Shown here: piece by piece, positions 11,335 to 24,984 of the stretch
Numbering within the stretch: position 1 is the first letter of the stretch
How the letters are laid out: the number at the start of each line of letters is the position of its first letter
Source of the DNA: Ascoidea asiatica JCM 7603
Lineage: Eukaryota; Fungi; Ascomycota
NCBI GenBank assembly: GCA_001600695.1
Contig: BCKQ01000004.1
Location: forward strand, 1,059,677 to 1,123,676
Length of the DNA: 64,000 nt
Reading direction: 5' to 3'
The notes under the pieces: generated by a model
Databases searched by the model: none
Seen by the model: only the letters and a program-made list of their open reading frames with translations
What the model was told of the DNA's origin: nothing
Program-made: the position numbers and the translations under genes

Positions 11335-11769
11335 AAAATTGAACTGTACAAGTAATAATGAAAATAAATAATGATTAAAAAAAAAAATAATGATTTTATT
11401 CAAAATTATATAAAAAATTATATATAAAAAAAGGGCTATAAATTTTTAGCAATATATATACAAATACATATATACAGTATATATATATATATATATATAT
11501 CTTTAATGAATACATTGATAAATAATAATTGGAATGGAGATAAAAAAAAATTACATATATACTTAAAACTTGAATAACTGAATAACTGAATAACTGAATA
11601 ACTGAATAACTAAATGACAAAATGATAAAATGATAAAATGATTGAATGATTGAAGAATGAATAAATAATAACCCAAATAGATGAATCAAAAGAATCAAAA
11701 GAATCAAAAGAATATTGAAAAGTAACTGATAGAAAAAAAAAAAAAATAGAATAAAATAAAATTTATCAT

Positions 11770-11854
11770 TTAATAAGCATCATCATAATTATCTCCTTCT
11801 CTTTCATTATTTCTTTTGAAAAAGGCAGAAGATATTTTACTCATGAATTCCTTT

Positions 11855-11891
<37 letters not shown>

Positions 11892-14049
11892 CAATTGTTG
11901 AATTTGAATTACTTATATTACTAAATATTGGTACTTCTGAGATTGAATTAATTGAATTAACTCTTGAAAGTCCATCTGATGATTCTCCAGTTAATGAACT
12001 AAATACTCCTTCTGAATGTTCTTCATCACTTAATGTTGATGTTGTACAAGATTCATTATCATTAAAATTTTTATCTTTTTTTAATTTTTTTTCAAATTTT
12101 CTTCTTTTTCTTAATTCTTGAGTTTTAAAATCTTCTTCTTCATCTGAATCTAAAATTTTATTACTATAATTATAATTATAATTATATTTATCTTTTGATT
12201 CTAATAAATTAAAATCTGGATATAATTCAGGTCCAATTTTATTAATTAATTCTGTAATTTCAATTGATAATTTTTTTCTATTTAATTTTAAATTATTTAA
12301 TTCAATTGGATCAATTATTGATATATATAATGGTTTTAAAGATTTAAATAAATCCATACCTTGATCACCAATTATTAAAGCTGCATAAGTTAAAGTTGCA
12401 GAAAATAAATATATTGAAAAAAAAAGTAAAGATAATTTCCAATTTTTAAAATAATTTTCATAATATTTATAACAATACCAAGTAATAATTGAAGAATAAA
12501 ATATATATAATAATGGTGCAAAAACCATAGAAACTAGAATTTTCCAAGTTGCAACAACATCATTTGCTTTAATTTTAACAGTTGAAGATTTTAAAGCTTC
12601 TTTTGCTTTTTTTTTTGAAATTTTTTTTGTTGCAATAAAAACTGGTGAAAATAAAATTGTACCAGGTAATGCTAAAATACTTAAAAAAAATAATTTAATT
12701 GATTTATAAATTAAAATTGAAATATTTTTTGGTATATCAATTTTTGCATCTTCAACTAAATGATCAGGTATATGTAAATGATTTAAAGCATTATTATATG
12801 ATAAAATTTTTTTTTTTAAAATTTGAACATCTTTTAAATCTTTAAAATGATCATAACCATTAACTAATCTTCTATTTAATTCAATTATTAATGGTAAAGG
12901 TAATTTATTTGCAAAATTATTTGAATATAATCTTCTTGCAGTTTGTATAACCATTAAAGTTTCATAATCTGGACAAGTAACAGTAACAGATTTTAAACCA
13001 TTTGAAATAATTTCTAAAGATTTTTTAATTGCATCTTTATGAGAAATTCCATCATTTTTTTTATATAAATTAATTAAATTTTTTGGTAATTCAATTGGAT
13101 GACCAAATTCTACAACAGCTCTTGATCTATATTTATGTGGATGAAAATAATTCATACCACATGGTATAATTTTTACATTACAATTTTTATTTTCAGACAT
13201 TGCACCTAAAGCCATAATTGCAACACCAGCTTTTAAAGGTAATAAATTTGTTCTATCATGAGAACCACCTTCAGGAAATATACCAATACAATTACCATTT
13301 AAAAGATGATTAAAAACTTTATTATAAACATTTTTTTGATTAATTTTTTTTGCAATTTTAAAAATTGTACCTTTAATTAATAAATTTTTAATTTTTATAT
13401 TTTTTTTTAAATCATTTGAATTTAAATTAAATTCTTTTTTAATTATTAATTCATTATCATTTAAAATTTTTAAAATTTCAACATTACCTAAAGAATTTGG
13501 TAAACCAATTAAACCTTTTATAGAACATTGTTTTGTAAAATTAGTATTTATACCAGATATTAAAGTTGGATTATTTTTTAAATCTTTTATAATAATTTTA
13601 CCATAAGTTAATTTTAAATCATCTTGTGGTCTATTAACACCAATTGCAAGACATGATCTTGCTAAAAAACCAACAATTAATCTTTTTAAAGATTTTGCAG
13701 CAATTAAAAAACTTACTCTTCTATTACAATTTTTTTTAACTTGACCCATTAAAATTATTGGATCAACAAATTGATTTGCATGAGGAGCAGCAACAAAAAT
13801 TAATGGACCATTTTTTGGAACTCTAAAAGCACCTCTTGGTCTAATTTCTCTAAAGAAACAATCAAATATACAAGATAATAACCAAAGAAAAAAATCATAA
13901 GAAAGTAATTCAAATTTTGTTGGTTGTTTATAATTATTTAATTTTATTTTTTCTTCATTTTTATCTTCATTTTTATCTTCATTTTTATCATTTGAATCTA
14001 TTTGAGATTTATCTTTTAAATCTATTTGAGATTTATCTTGATTATCCAT
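11770..14049 (-). CDS. SCT1: Glycerol-3-phosphate/DHAP sn-1 acyltransferase (Sct1/Gpt2 family)
   Basis: APHANQFVDP (HxxxxD), GIFPEGGSHDR, PLKAGVAIMALG, YFHPHKYRSRAVVEFG. Confidence 0.92.
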
Positions 14050-14804
14050 TTTAGAATTAAATGAATAAAGAAATATAATTTAAACCTTTATTCACTTATT
14101 AAGAATATAAAATAAGTATTTTTAAAAGAATAAATTATTTAATATTCAATAAAGGATATATAATAGGATATGATATAATATGACAGGATAAGATAAGATA
14201 GGATAGGATTCAGAGAATAATAATATAATAAATGTAATCCAAATACAATTCACTTCAATTGAAACCAGAATCAAAACCAAAATCAAAATGAATATGATTC
14301 AAGAATGATGGAGTGAATTGAATAAGAATAAAAGCTTTTGATTCGCAGCAGAATCCCCAGATTTTACATGTTTATTTTATTTCTTTGTTTTGTTCTGTTA
14401 TCAAATGGCAAAGCAGAAAAAGAAAGCAGAAAAAGAAAGCAGAAATTGTTGAACTGAGAAATGTTGGACGAGGCAGGGCACCGCCACCGGGCAAGGAAGG
14501 AGAAAGGGCGGATACTGAAAGGGGGCTGGTTACAGCGGATATCGCGGCGCGTGAAGTGCGTGAGAAAGTGCGTGCAGACGTGCGTGCCAAACAGCGTGGG
14601 AAAGTGCGTTTATTTCCATTTCCGTTTTGGGCCTCGCTGAAACTTTATTTATTTTATTTCATTTTATTTCATTTTATTTCATTTTATTTCATTTTATTTC
14701 ATTTTGTGATTGATTCTAAATCATGAATTTAGAATTGGTCACAGCCATTTCAATTCTTTTTTGGCTTTCCAACTGAAGTTCTTATTGATTCTTATTAAAT
14801 ATTA

Positions 14805-16637
14805 TCAATTTTTATCAATCTTCACCAATTTACTATTCTTTCGAACATCAATTCTTCCTTGATATTCATATTCATCTTGATTTTTATTTTCAAAAATTTT
14901 AACATTATTTGAATTTTTTAATTTTTCTTTATTATAATCTGATAATAAATATTTGAAATTTTTATGTAATGATTCAATTTTTAAATATTCTTTATTAATT
15001 TCTTCAAGTTTTCTCTTCATTTCAATATCTTCATTATCTTTAGTATCTTTAGTATCTTTAGTATCCTCATTATCTTTAGTATTATTCTTTATTACATTTT
15101 TATTTTCAATATTCTTCTTGGTTTTTTTCTTATTCTTAAGTTCATTATTATTCATACTACCTTCATAATCCATTGTATTTTCAATCTTTATAGGATTAAA
15201 ATTATTATAATTATTATAATCATCAAAATTTATATCTAAATTAAATTCTTCTAAATTATTATAATTTAATGAAAAATTATTTTCAATATTATTAAAAATA
15301 TTAAAATTACTTAAATTACTTAAATTATTATTATTATTATTATTATTATCTTCATTAACAACTTCATTTACTCTTTCAAGATTCTCAAGATTTTCAATTC
15401 TTTTAATATCTTCAAAAATCTTTTTTTCAAGTTCTTCATTAACAATATTAATATCTTGTTGTTGTTGTTCTTCTTCTTCTTCTTCTTTGATTTCTTCAAT
15501 ATCTTTAATATCTTTAATATCTTTAATATCTTCTTTGATATTTAATTCATCAATTAATTCAAATTTATTATTATTAAAACATTTAACATTAAATAAAAAT
15601 GAATAATCTATTTTAAGTATCTTACATAATGATAATTTTTCTTCATTAAAATTTAAATCACTTAAATAATTATAAATATAATTTAAACTTTTATCAATTT
15701 TTAGTTCTTTATTAATTTCATTTTCTTTTTCATTTTCTTCTTCTTCATTAATATTAAAATCATTCATAGATTTATAAATTTCAAAATTTTTTTTAAAATT
15801 TTCATTCATTTCATATAATAATTTAACAATTATTAAAATTATATAACATAATTCTTCATTTTTTTTAATTAAATAATTTTTAAAAATTTTTTCAATTTTA
15901 TAAATTTCAAAATTTTTAATTTTATTAAATTTTAATAAATTAATTTCTTTTAAAATTTTTTCAAAAATATTTAAAAAAATTTTAATATATTTCTTATTAT
16001 CATATTTTGTTAATTTATTTTCTTTATTAAAATTTAATTTCCTTTTTTTTTTACAATATTTTGGTTTAATTAATTGAAATTTATCTTCAATTTCTTTACG
16101 TTTTTTAATATCATCATCAAAATTTAAATTATATTTATTTGAATAATTTAATTTATTATAAACTTCATTTAATTTATTATTCCTTTTATCTTTATCTTTA
16201 TCTTTATCTTTATCTTTAAGATTATTAGTGTTACTAGAACTAGAACTTGAACTTGTTTTAAAAAATTTTAATTTAGTTTCTTCAAACTTTTCTTCACTTA
16301 TATTTAAAACTTTTATAACTTTCTTAATACTTGATTTATTTGTAAAATCAGTGATTTTATTACTAATATCAATGTTACTGATACTTTTATTTTTTTCTAT
16401 ATTCAATTGAATTCCTTTATATTTATCATTTTCATAAATATCTGAATTGATGAACTTCTTCCTTATCTTCTCATCATTCTTTATTATGATATCTAATTGA
16501 TTCTTTTTATTCTTTTCATTATTCTTTTCATTACTTTTGACATTGATGCTTTTATCATTCACCTCTCTTGAACTTGGATCAGATTCATCTTCATCTCTCT
16601 TCCCAGGAAGCTTCAACTTGATCTTTCTGCAAACCAT
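14805..16637 (-). CDS. Hypothetical Lys/Asn/Glu-rich protein (about 610 aa)
   Basis: 1.8-kb open frame in AT-rich DNA, divergent from BUD13. No motif recognised. ATG at 16637. Confidence 0.8.
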   Translation of the reverse strand: MVCRKIKLKLPGKRDEDESDPSSREVNDKSINVKSNEKNNEKNKKNQLDIIIKNDEKIRKKFINSDIYENDKYKGIQLNIEKNKSISNIDISNKITDFTNKSSIKKVIKVLNISEEKFEETKLKFFKTSSSSSSSNTNNLKDKDKDKDKDKRNNKLNEVYNKLNYSNKYNLNFDDDIKKRKEIEDKFQLIKPKYCKKKRKLNFNKENKLTKYDNKKYIKIFLNIFEKILKEINLLKFNKIKNFEIYKIEKIFKNYLIKKNEELCYIILIIVKLLYEMNENFKKNFEIYKSMNDFNINEEEENEKENEINKELKIDKSLNYIYNYLSDLNFNEEKLSLCKILKIDYSFLFNVKCFNNNKFELIDELNIKEDIKDIKDIKDIEEIKEEEEEEQQQQDINIVNEELEKKIFEDIKRIENLENLERVNEVVNEDNNNNNNNNLSNLSNFNIFNNIENNFSLNYNNLEEFNLDINFDDYNNYNNFNPIKIENTMDYEGSMNNNELKNKKKTKKNIENKNVIKNNTKDNEDTKDTKDTKDNEDIEMKRKLEEINKEYLKIESLHKNFKYLLSDYNKEKLKNSNNVKIFENKNQDEYEYQGRIDVRKNSKLVKIDKN

Positions 16638-17005
16638 CACTTACTCCTTCAATCTTGTCTTGATTCTCTCTCTTCTCTTCTCTTCTCTTAATACCAATCA
16701 ATCAATCATCAATCACTTTCTTCTTCTTCTTCTTCTTCTTCTTCTTTTATTTGTTTATTTCTTTTCTTTTCTTTCATTTTTTGTTTTTTTTTGTTTTGCA
16801 GAGCCGAGAAACCACCGCGACGGATCCAATCCGATTTCAATTTCAACTTCAAAACAAACTGAAAGAAAGAAGTGAATAAAGAATAAAGAATAATAAAGAA
16901 TAATAAATAATGAATAAATAATGAATATCTGATAACAATGCAATAATATTTTATAATTACTATTTTATTCAAATCACATTATTAAAACTTGAAATATATT
17001 TTGAA

Positions 17006-17884
17006 ATGGGTAATTTAAACGACTATTTAAACAAAAATTATCTTACCAATACCAGTAATAAAAAATCAAAGAAATCAAATTCAAAATCAATAAAGAAACA
17101 TGATTCAGATAAAAATAAAAATAAAAATAAAAATAAAAATAAAAATTTATCAAAGTCAACAACTTTAATAATTGATGATAATGATATAACTTCAAATTTA
17201 AATTCTAATTCAATAATAAATAAATCAAATTATTCTATAAATAAACAATTTGAAATTGATAGAAATGAAAATACTAATAAAAATTATGATAAAAAAAAAA
17301 TTTGGAAAAAAATAGCGACAAATGAATTATTAAATAAAATTATAAATAATGAACAAAAAGAATTTAATAATCAAAAAACAATATTCAGAGATCAAAATGG
17401 AAGAATAATAAATTCTGATTTAGATAATGAAATTTTAAATAAAAATGATATAAAAAAAGATAATTCTAAAGATAATCTTCAATATACTTATGATGAAGAT
17501 TTAGATCCAATACCATTCAATGAAGATTCAGTAATAAGATTTCAAAAAACTGAAAAATTTGGAAATTTTGAAAAAGAAGTTAAAAAAAATGAATTAATTT
17601 TAGAAGATGATCCAATAAATATAATTTCCAATAATAATGAAGATATTGAAAATAATTTAAATAAAAGAAATAATAAATTTATTTCAATAACTGGTAGAAA
17701 ATTATATAATAAAGGTCCATCAACTGTAAATAGATTTAATATCATTGCAGGTTATAGATGGGATGGTATAGATAGATCAAATGGTTTTGAAGAAAAATAT
17801 TTAAAAAAACAAAGAGATATAATTGAAAATGAACAAATAAAATATTCTAAAAATTTTCAAAATTTAGATTCTGATTCTGATTAA
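17006..17884 (+). CDS. BUD13: RES complex pre-mRNA splicing factor Bud13/Cwc26
   Basis: TIFRDQNGR and NRFNIIAGYRWDGIDRSNGFE signature. Confidence 0.93.
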   Translation: MGNLNDYLNKNYLTNTSNKKSKKSNSKSIKKHDSDKNKNKNKNKNKNLSKSTTLIIDDNDITSNLNSNSIINKSNYSINKQFEIDRNENTNKNYDKKKIWKKIATNELLNKIINNEQKEFNNQKTIFRDQNGRIINSDLDNEILNKNDIKKDNSKDNLQYTYDEDLDPIPFNEDSVIRFQKTEKFGNFEKEVKKNELILEDDPINIISNNNEDIENNLNKRNNKFISITGRKLYNKGPSTVNRFNIIAGYRWDGIDRSNGFEEKYLKKQRDIIENEQIKYSKNFQNLDSDSD

Positions 17885-17983
17885 TTTTATATCTATATAT
17901 TATATTTTATATTATATTATATTATATGATATTATATGATATTATTTATCTATTATTTATTTACTTACTAGGAAATTATGAAA

Positions 17984-18447
17984 TTATGAAATTAAATTTT
18001 TAATTTCATAATGAGATTCTGCAATATTATTTGATACATCTAAAAATAAATAATATTCTTGATTAATTGCATCAACTAAATTTTGTAAATTATCATTATT
18101 ATTACCATTAAAATTACCATTAATATTATTATTATTATTAATATTATTATTATTATTAATATTATTCATATTTAAATTTGAAAAAATTGAAATTTTATCT
18201 AAATTTAAATTAACTATTTTATTTTTATAATTATTAATAGAATTATTAATTGAATTATTAATTAAATTTTTTTCATTAATATTTGAATCATTTGTAACTA
18301 ATAATAAATTATTTGTATTTTGTTCTAAATCTTGAAATGATAATTCAATATCATTTAATAAAGTTATTAAAGTATCATATTTTGTTTTAAAATCTAATAA
18401 TTTATCATTAAAGAATTTAATTAAAAATTTATTATTATTATCTTTTG

Positions 18448-18480
<33 letters not shown>

Positions 18481-18492
18481 TGTTATTGTTAC

Positions 18493-18523
<31 letters not shown>

Positions 18524-19260
18524 TGAATTTGAATTTAGATTCATTAAATCAGATAATTTTTGTAAATTATCTAAAATATTTTGTGGATTACTTGAATCAG
18601 ATAAAGTTATAAATTTATTATTATTATTATTAATATTATTAATATTATTAATATTATTATTTGAATTATTATTATCTTTATTATCTTTATTTAAAATATT
18701 AAAAGATAAATTATTAATTAAGGATATAAAATTTTCACAAATTATAATTAAATTATTAAATTTTAATTTTAAATTATTTAAATTTTTTAAATCATTTAAT
18801 AAAACATTATTAATTAATTTATGATTTGAAATTAAATATTTTAAATCTATAGAAATTGAATCAACTAAATTATTATGATTTAAATTATTTGATTTTAAAT
18901 TATTATAAATTATTAATTGTTTATTAATATAATTATTTAATTCTTTAATTTCATTTTGATAATTTTGTGGTAAATCTGTTACTCTTGTTAATAAAGTTAT
19001 CACAGGTAATTGATTACTATTATTATTATTATTATTATTATTTGAATTTAATGGATTTAAGGTGTTATTTGAATAAGTATTCAACGAATTAGAAAAATTA
19101 CCAAATAAATTATTAGAAGTATTATTACCAAAGGTATTATTAGTATTATTATTAGTATTAGTATTTGAAATATTATTATTACCAAAAATTGAATTTGAAT
19201 TTGAATTTGTATTTGTATTTGTATTTGTATTTAATTTATTACCAAATATACCCCCAGATG

Positions 19261-19291
<31 letters not shown>

Positions 19292-19591
19292 CCCAAATAA
19301 ACCAGTTGTATTTGAAGTTGTATTTGAATTTGAATTTGAATTTGAATTTGTATTAAAAGTTAAAGGAGTTGAAGGAGTTGTAGTTGTATTAAAAGTTGAA
19401 GATGGAGTAGTACCAAAAGATACTTTTTTATTTGGATTAAATAAACTATTTGAATTTGTAATTGTATTTGTATTTGTATTTGTATTATTTGTATTATTAT
19501 TATTTGAATCAGATCCAAATGTAAAAGAAACTGATTTTTTTGCAGGTTGAGAGTTATTATTATTATTATTATTATTACCAAAGCTGAACAT
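17984..19591 (-). CDS. NUP49: FG nucleoporin of the Nsp1-Nup49-Nup57 complex
   Basis: FG/GLFG-like N-terminus, then LPVITLLTRVTDLPQNYQNEIKELNNYINKQ resembling the start of the Nup49 coiled coil. Next to BUD13 and XRN1, as in S. cerevisiae. Confidence 0.85.
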
Positions 19592-20613
19592 GATGAAATA
19601 TTTAGATGAATATGATTAATATTAGGAATAAGAAAATGAATTGAAGTAATTGATGTTATAATATTACAATATTTCTATAATTCAATAATTCAATACTTCA
19701 ATAAACCTTTATTATCTTTTTTTCATTATTCATTATTTATTATTTATTATTTATTATTTATTTATTATTTAATTTCTTGTCAATTGAAAACAAAGAAAGA
19801 AGAAATTGAAAAAAAACAAAACACGTGACATGTAAATTATAGAACCACCGCTGTTCTGGTCTCAGAACTAATAGCACATTAAAAAACAGTAAAATGCAGC
19901 TGTATGCATTGGATCCTTTTGAGTGGATGTAAGAATAAAGTTTAGGATAAAATGAGTCAAAATAATTACAATATCTTTCGAAGTATTTGAGATTTGATAT
20001 AATGCAATTCAAGTAGAGTAATTGAACCAATAGGATAAATGAGGATGAAGTAACATATCAAAAGCTACCTGTAATAGTGTGAAAATCAATATTAGTCGAA
20101 TCAATTCAATGGAATATTGTAGTTTGAAGATAATTGAGAAACAGAAATGATTCAAAAGCAGCACTGACTGGGTCGAATTGATAAAAGTAATGGAAATTGA
20201 ATACCGAAAGAAAGAAAGAGTATTCAAACAAATGGGATATACAAATCAGTTTATAATCACTAATAGTTATTGAATTATCAGAATTTGAAATTATACTTAT
20301 ATTTTCGTATTTATTCTTTTTATTCTTTTTATTCTTTTTATTCTGTTTATTCTTTTAGATACTTTTCATCTATTTTATATATAATCACTGCATGTTATCC
20401 ATACTAAATCAATAATATCCACACATACGGTCTCAAAGGCTGTTTGCCTATAAAAATTACAGCAGGAAATCACCTGACAGACAGGCTCTTTATAAAAAGG
20501 AATAAAGAAAGTTGTAGCAGTTGTTGCAGCTGTTTCCAAAGGCAAAGAAGCAACAAAAATGATGCTTTCCATGACCAAAATCATCCAAAAGAAACCAGAA
20601 CCATCTCAACCAC

Positions 20614-20676
20614 CACAAAACGCAAAACGCAAAACGCAAAATGCAAAATGCAAAATGCAAAACGCGAAACGCCAAA
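20614..20676 (+). repeat. Heptamer tandem repeat (YGCAAAA)x9 in the NUP49-AGC1 intergenic island
   Basis: CACAAAA, CGCAAAA x3, TGCAAAA x3, CGCGAAA, CGCCAAA. Confidence 0.9.
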
Positions 20677-21896
20677 TTGATTGGCCCGGATTGCGACGGA
20701 TTGCCGTGGACAATGCACACCGCGGTTTCCCTTCAACCTCGCGGAAACAGTCGTATGGGCTGAGACATCCAACATTCGATGTTCTGGTGGTTAGAAATCT
20801 CAGCGTGGCAGTGCGCTGGCGGCGAAACAAGGCTCATTCCACCCAAATAGGCAACTGGGGAAGGACTCCGGCACAGATCTGATTGAAGTTTTCAATGGTC
20901 GGAATCGGTCGTGCTCACCCTGCTGAAGCCGACTTCCACGCTCTCCCCTCTGCCGAGAGTGGGAAAAAACAAGAGATGGCACGTGAATTACGCTGTCTCA
21001 CTTGCCTTGGTGCCTGAGATGCGTCTTCCCCGGGCCAGAGGGTCTGTGGGCACTGTTTCTGGCGCGTTGATCAACCTCGATTTTTACCCAGAACAGTACC
21101 GAAGTAGTCATTGAATTGATTTTTCGGGTTTCCAATTTCCAATTTTCTTTTTTGCTTTTTTACTTTTTTTTCTTTTGATTGTGAGTCGCGATTGAATCGA
21201 ATATGATTGATTTTTTAATCATCCTTTGATAAATTGATCAATTAATTAACTATTCAATTAATTAATGTAAGAATACAACAAAATTAATGTGATTAATCAA
21301 TATGATTAATTAATTAATAGAAGTAGTTTACTCCAGTAACTAATTAACATAACTCCAGTGATTAATTAACTAATTAACTAATTAAAATTTCATTTCTTTT
21401 CTCTTTCACCCAGATTTTCAGTATCTTCTAAAATAAACGAATAAAATTTCAATTTCCATTTCCATTTCCATTTCCATTTCCATTTATTATAAAAATATAA
21501 ATATATTCAATTATCTCCAATCTTTTACTTTTACTCTTTTAATATTTCTCTTTTATCCAATTATCCAATAATTAATATTCATATCATATAATAACATAAT
21601 AATATAATAATATTCAATTCAATGTTTAATAAATAAGTAATTATATTATTCTTATCAATTCTCTTATTTTATAATCATATTCTCCATCTCTTTTAATTAT
21701 ATTCCATTCATAGAAATATATTTTATCTCATATATTAATTTCATATATTAATTTCATATAATTTCATATAAATATAAATCTATTCAATATATATATATAT
21801 ATATTCTTACTTTTTCTATTCTCTTTTATTCTCTTTTATTATCTTTATTAAACTTCTATTATAACTTTATAACTTTATAACTATATAACTATAAAA

Positions 21897-24353
21897 ATGT
21901 CAGAATTAGTATCTTCAACTTCAACTTCTACTTCTTCTACAACTAAATCCTCTTCAAATAATCCAAATTTAATTCAAATTTCAAATCCAATTAATACTAA
22001 TATTTCAATTTCAAATCAATTATTTAATAAATTCTCAATTACAAATGAAAATAATTTAATTAATCCAAATGAAAAAATATTAAATTTAAATAATTTCATT
22101 AATTTATTTAATTTTAATAATACTCAATTTATTAATCAATTAAATAAAAAATTTAATAATGATAATAATAATAATTTTTATAATCTTTTATTTTTAATTG
22201 CTGATGAAGAATTTAAAGGTTATTTAAATGAAAAAAATTGGTTAAATTTTACAAATATTTTAAATTCAAATGATAATGATTATAAATATAAATTAATTTT
22301 TAATTTCTTAAATAATTTATCAAATAATATTACTAAAAATAATAATAATAATAATAATACTATAAATAATGATAATAAAATTAATATAAATAATTTAAAT
22401 AATCTTTTAAATAATTTAAATATTTATTTTAATTCAAATTCAATCATAGATTTTAATCAATTTAAAAATTATTCAATAGATTCAAAAAATTTAGATTTTA
22501 ATTCTTTTAATAATATCATCACTAATGATTTATTATTTTTTAAAATTAATAACCTTTTTGAAAATTTAAAAGATAAAAAAAAAAATAATACTATAAATTT
22601 AAAAAATTTAATAAAAATTATAAATTTATCTTATAATAATAAATTATCTAAAAATTTTATAAATAATCTTTCAAAATTATCATTTAATATAAATTTTAAA
22701 TTTGGTAATGATTTTAATTATTCATATTCTGATTTAAAAATTTTATCAAATTTAATTAATAAATTTGATTTAATTAATTCAATTATTTTAGATTTTAATT
22801 CAAATTTAATTAATAAAAATGATTTTAAAAAATTTATAAATTTAAATTTTAATAAATTAAATAATTTAAATAATTTCACTCCTTTAGAAATTGATCTTTT
22901 ATTTCATTTACTTCAAATTAATTCAAATTCAAATTCAAATTCAAATTCCTCAAATTCAAATTTTTTTAAAAAAGAAGATTTTTTCAAAATTGTAAATATT
23001 AATTATTTTGATTCTTTAAAATTTAATTCAATTAATAATAATAATAACTTTGGAAATAATAATGAAATTATAGATATTAATGATAATGATGATTTAAATA
23101 TAATTTCTAAATTTTATACAAATCCATATCTGAAATTAGTTGAACCTTATTTTAATAAATTTACTCATATTTATAATTTATCTAATTTTTCTTTTTATCC
23201 AATTTTTGATTCTTTATATCTTTTTGCTTTAGGTTCTTTAGCTGGTATGGTTGGTGCAACAATGGTTTATCCAATTGATCTTGTAAAAACTAGAATGCAA
23301 GCTCAAAGATCTGGTTCAATTTTATATAAAAATTCAATAGATTGTTGTATAAAAATTGTTTCTAAAGAAGGTATCTTTGGTCTTTATTCAGGGTTAGGTC
23401 CTCAATTAATTGGTGTTGCTCCTGAAAAAGCAATAAAATTAACTGTTAATGATTTAATTAGAAATTATGCAAAATCAAATTATTCAGATTCAAAAAATAA
23501 TATTCCATTACCTTGGGAAATTTTAGCTGGTTCTTCTGCTGGTTTTTCTCAAGTTATTTTTACAAATCCTTTAGAAATTGTTAAAATTAGATTACAAGTT
23601 CAAGGTGAAAGAGTTGGACAAATTTCTGCAAATGGTCAAATTATTAAAAAATCTTCTGCAATTCAAATTATTTCTAATTTAGGTTTAAGAGGTTTATATA
23701 AAGGTGCTTTAGCTTGTTTAATGAGAGATGTACCATTTAGTGCAATTTATTTTCCAACTTATAATCATATTAAATCTGATTTTTTTAATCTTAATCCATA
23801 TGATCCAAATAAAAGAAAATCTTTAAAAACTTGGGAATTATTAGTTTCTGGTGCAATTGCTGGTATGCCTGCTGCTTATTTAACAACTCCTGCTGATGTA
23901 ATAAAAACAAGATTACAAGCTGGTGTTAGAAAAGGTGAAGTTGCTTATAAAGGTATTATTGATGCTGCAAAAGTTATTTATAAACAAGAAGGTTTTACTG
24001 CTTTTTTTAAAGGTGGTCCTGCTAGAATTTTTAGATCTTCTCCACAATTTGGTTTTACTTTAGCTGCTTATGAAGTTTTTCAAAAGACATTTCCATTAAA
24101 ACGTAGTGAAGCTCATAAACAATATTTAAATGCAAAAGAATTAAGTAAATCAACTCCATTAATTGATCCAAATTCTGAAGAATCAAAACTTTCTTTATTA
24201 CAAAAACAAAATAATTCAGGACCTTTATATGTACCATTTTCTTATTATCATAAAAGTTATGAAGCTGTTAAATTATTACTTGACGTTGATTATAACTTTA
24301 AAAATTTTGATTATGGTGTATATCAAAAACTTTCAAAAGATTTCAAAAATTAG
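21897..24353 (+). CDS. AGC1: Mitochondrial aspartate/glutamate carrier (aralar/citrin-like)
   Basis: Three carrier signatures ([33 protein letters not shown]), plus [10 protein letters not shown] and RSSPQFG. Long, degenerate EF-hand-like N-terminus. Confidence 0.95.
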   Translation: MSELVSSTSTSTSSTTKSSSNNPNLIQISNPINTNISISNQLFNKFSITNENNLINPNEKILNLNNFINLFNFNNTQFINQLNKKFNNDNNNNFYNLLFLIADEEFKGYLNEKNWLNFTNILNSNDNDYKYKLIFNFLNNLSNNITKNNNNNNNTINNDNKININNLNNLLNNLNIYFNSNSIIDFNQFKNYSIDSKNLDFNSFNNIITNDLLFFKINNLFENLKDKKKNNTINLKNLIKIINLSYNNKLSKNFINNLSKLSFNINFKFGNDFNYSYSDLKILSNLINKFDLINSIILDFNSNLINKNDFKKFINLNFNKLNNLNNFTPLEIDLLFHLLQINSNSNSNSNSSNSNFFKKEDFFKIVNINYFDSLKFNSINNNNNFGNNNEIIDINDNDDLNIISKFYTNPYLKLVEPYFNKFTHIYNLSNFSFYPIFDSLYLFALGSLAGMVGATMVYPIDLVKTRMQAQRSGSILYKNSIDCCIKIVSKEGIFGLYSGLGPQLIGVAPEKAIKLTVNDLIRNYAKSNYSDSKNNIPLPWEILAGSSAGFSQVIFTNPLEIVKIRLQVQGERVGQISANGQIIKKSSAIQIISNLGLRGLYKGALACLMRDVPFSAIYFPTYNHIKSDFFNLNPYDPNKRKSLKTWELLVSGAIAGMPAAYLTTPADVIKTRLQAGVRKGEVAYKGIIDAAKVIYKQEGFTAFFKGGPARIFRSSPQFGFTLAAYEVFQKTFPLKRSEAHKQYLNAKELSKSTPLIDPNSEESKLSLLQKQNNSGPLYVPFSYYHKSYEAVKLLLDVDYNFKNFDYGVYQKLSKDFKN

Positions 24354-24984
24354 ATTATTTTGTCTTCCTATTTTTTTCTCTTTCTCATTTGTGTTTTATT
24401 TCATACTTAAAATCTTTACTATTATTGAGACTTTAATTCTCATTTCATTTAATTTTTCTCATATTATTCGTTTATGTCTCATATTTTTTACATTTTTTTT
24501 TTTTTTATGTTCCCTCATGTTATGAATAGTTTGTTTTGCTTTTCTTACTTTTTTTTTTTTTTCTCTTTCGTATATATATCATTATTTATTTTTAAATAAG
24601 TCTATCATATATACAATATATTTTTATATATATAATAATAATATTAATAATAATATTAATAATAATATTAATAATAATAATAAACATAAACATTCAATTC
24701 TAATTCTAATAAATCCAATCATTGTTTCAATTAATCGTCATATTCAAAATAATAAAAATAAAGAAAATCATTTCTAATAACAAAAAATTAAAAAAAAAGA
24801 AAAATTAAAAACATTCATCAACTTTGAAGCTCAAATCATCCATAAATAAAAAATTGTAAGTAAAATTCACAAAAAGAATAGAAAATAAAAAAGGATAAAA
24901 CAAATTATAAATAAGCTTTGAGAAAACAAAAATAAAAATACTTTAACTCAAAAACTTAAAAGAACTAAAAAAAAAGAGGATAAA

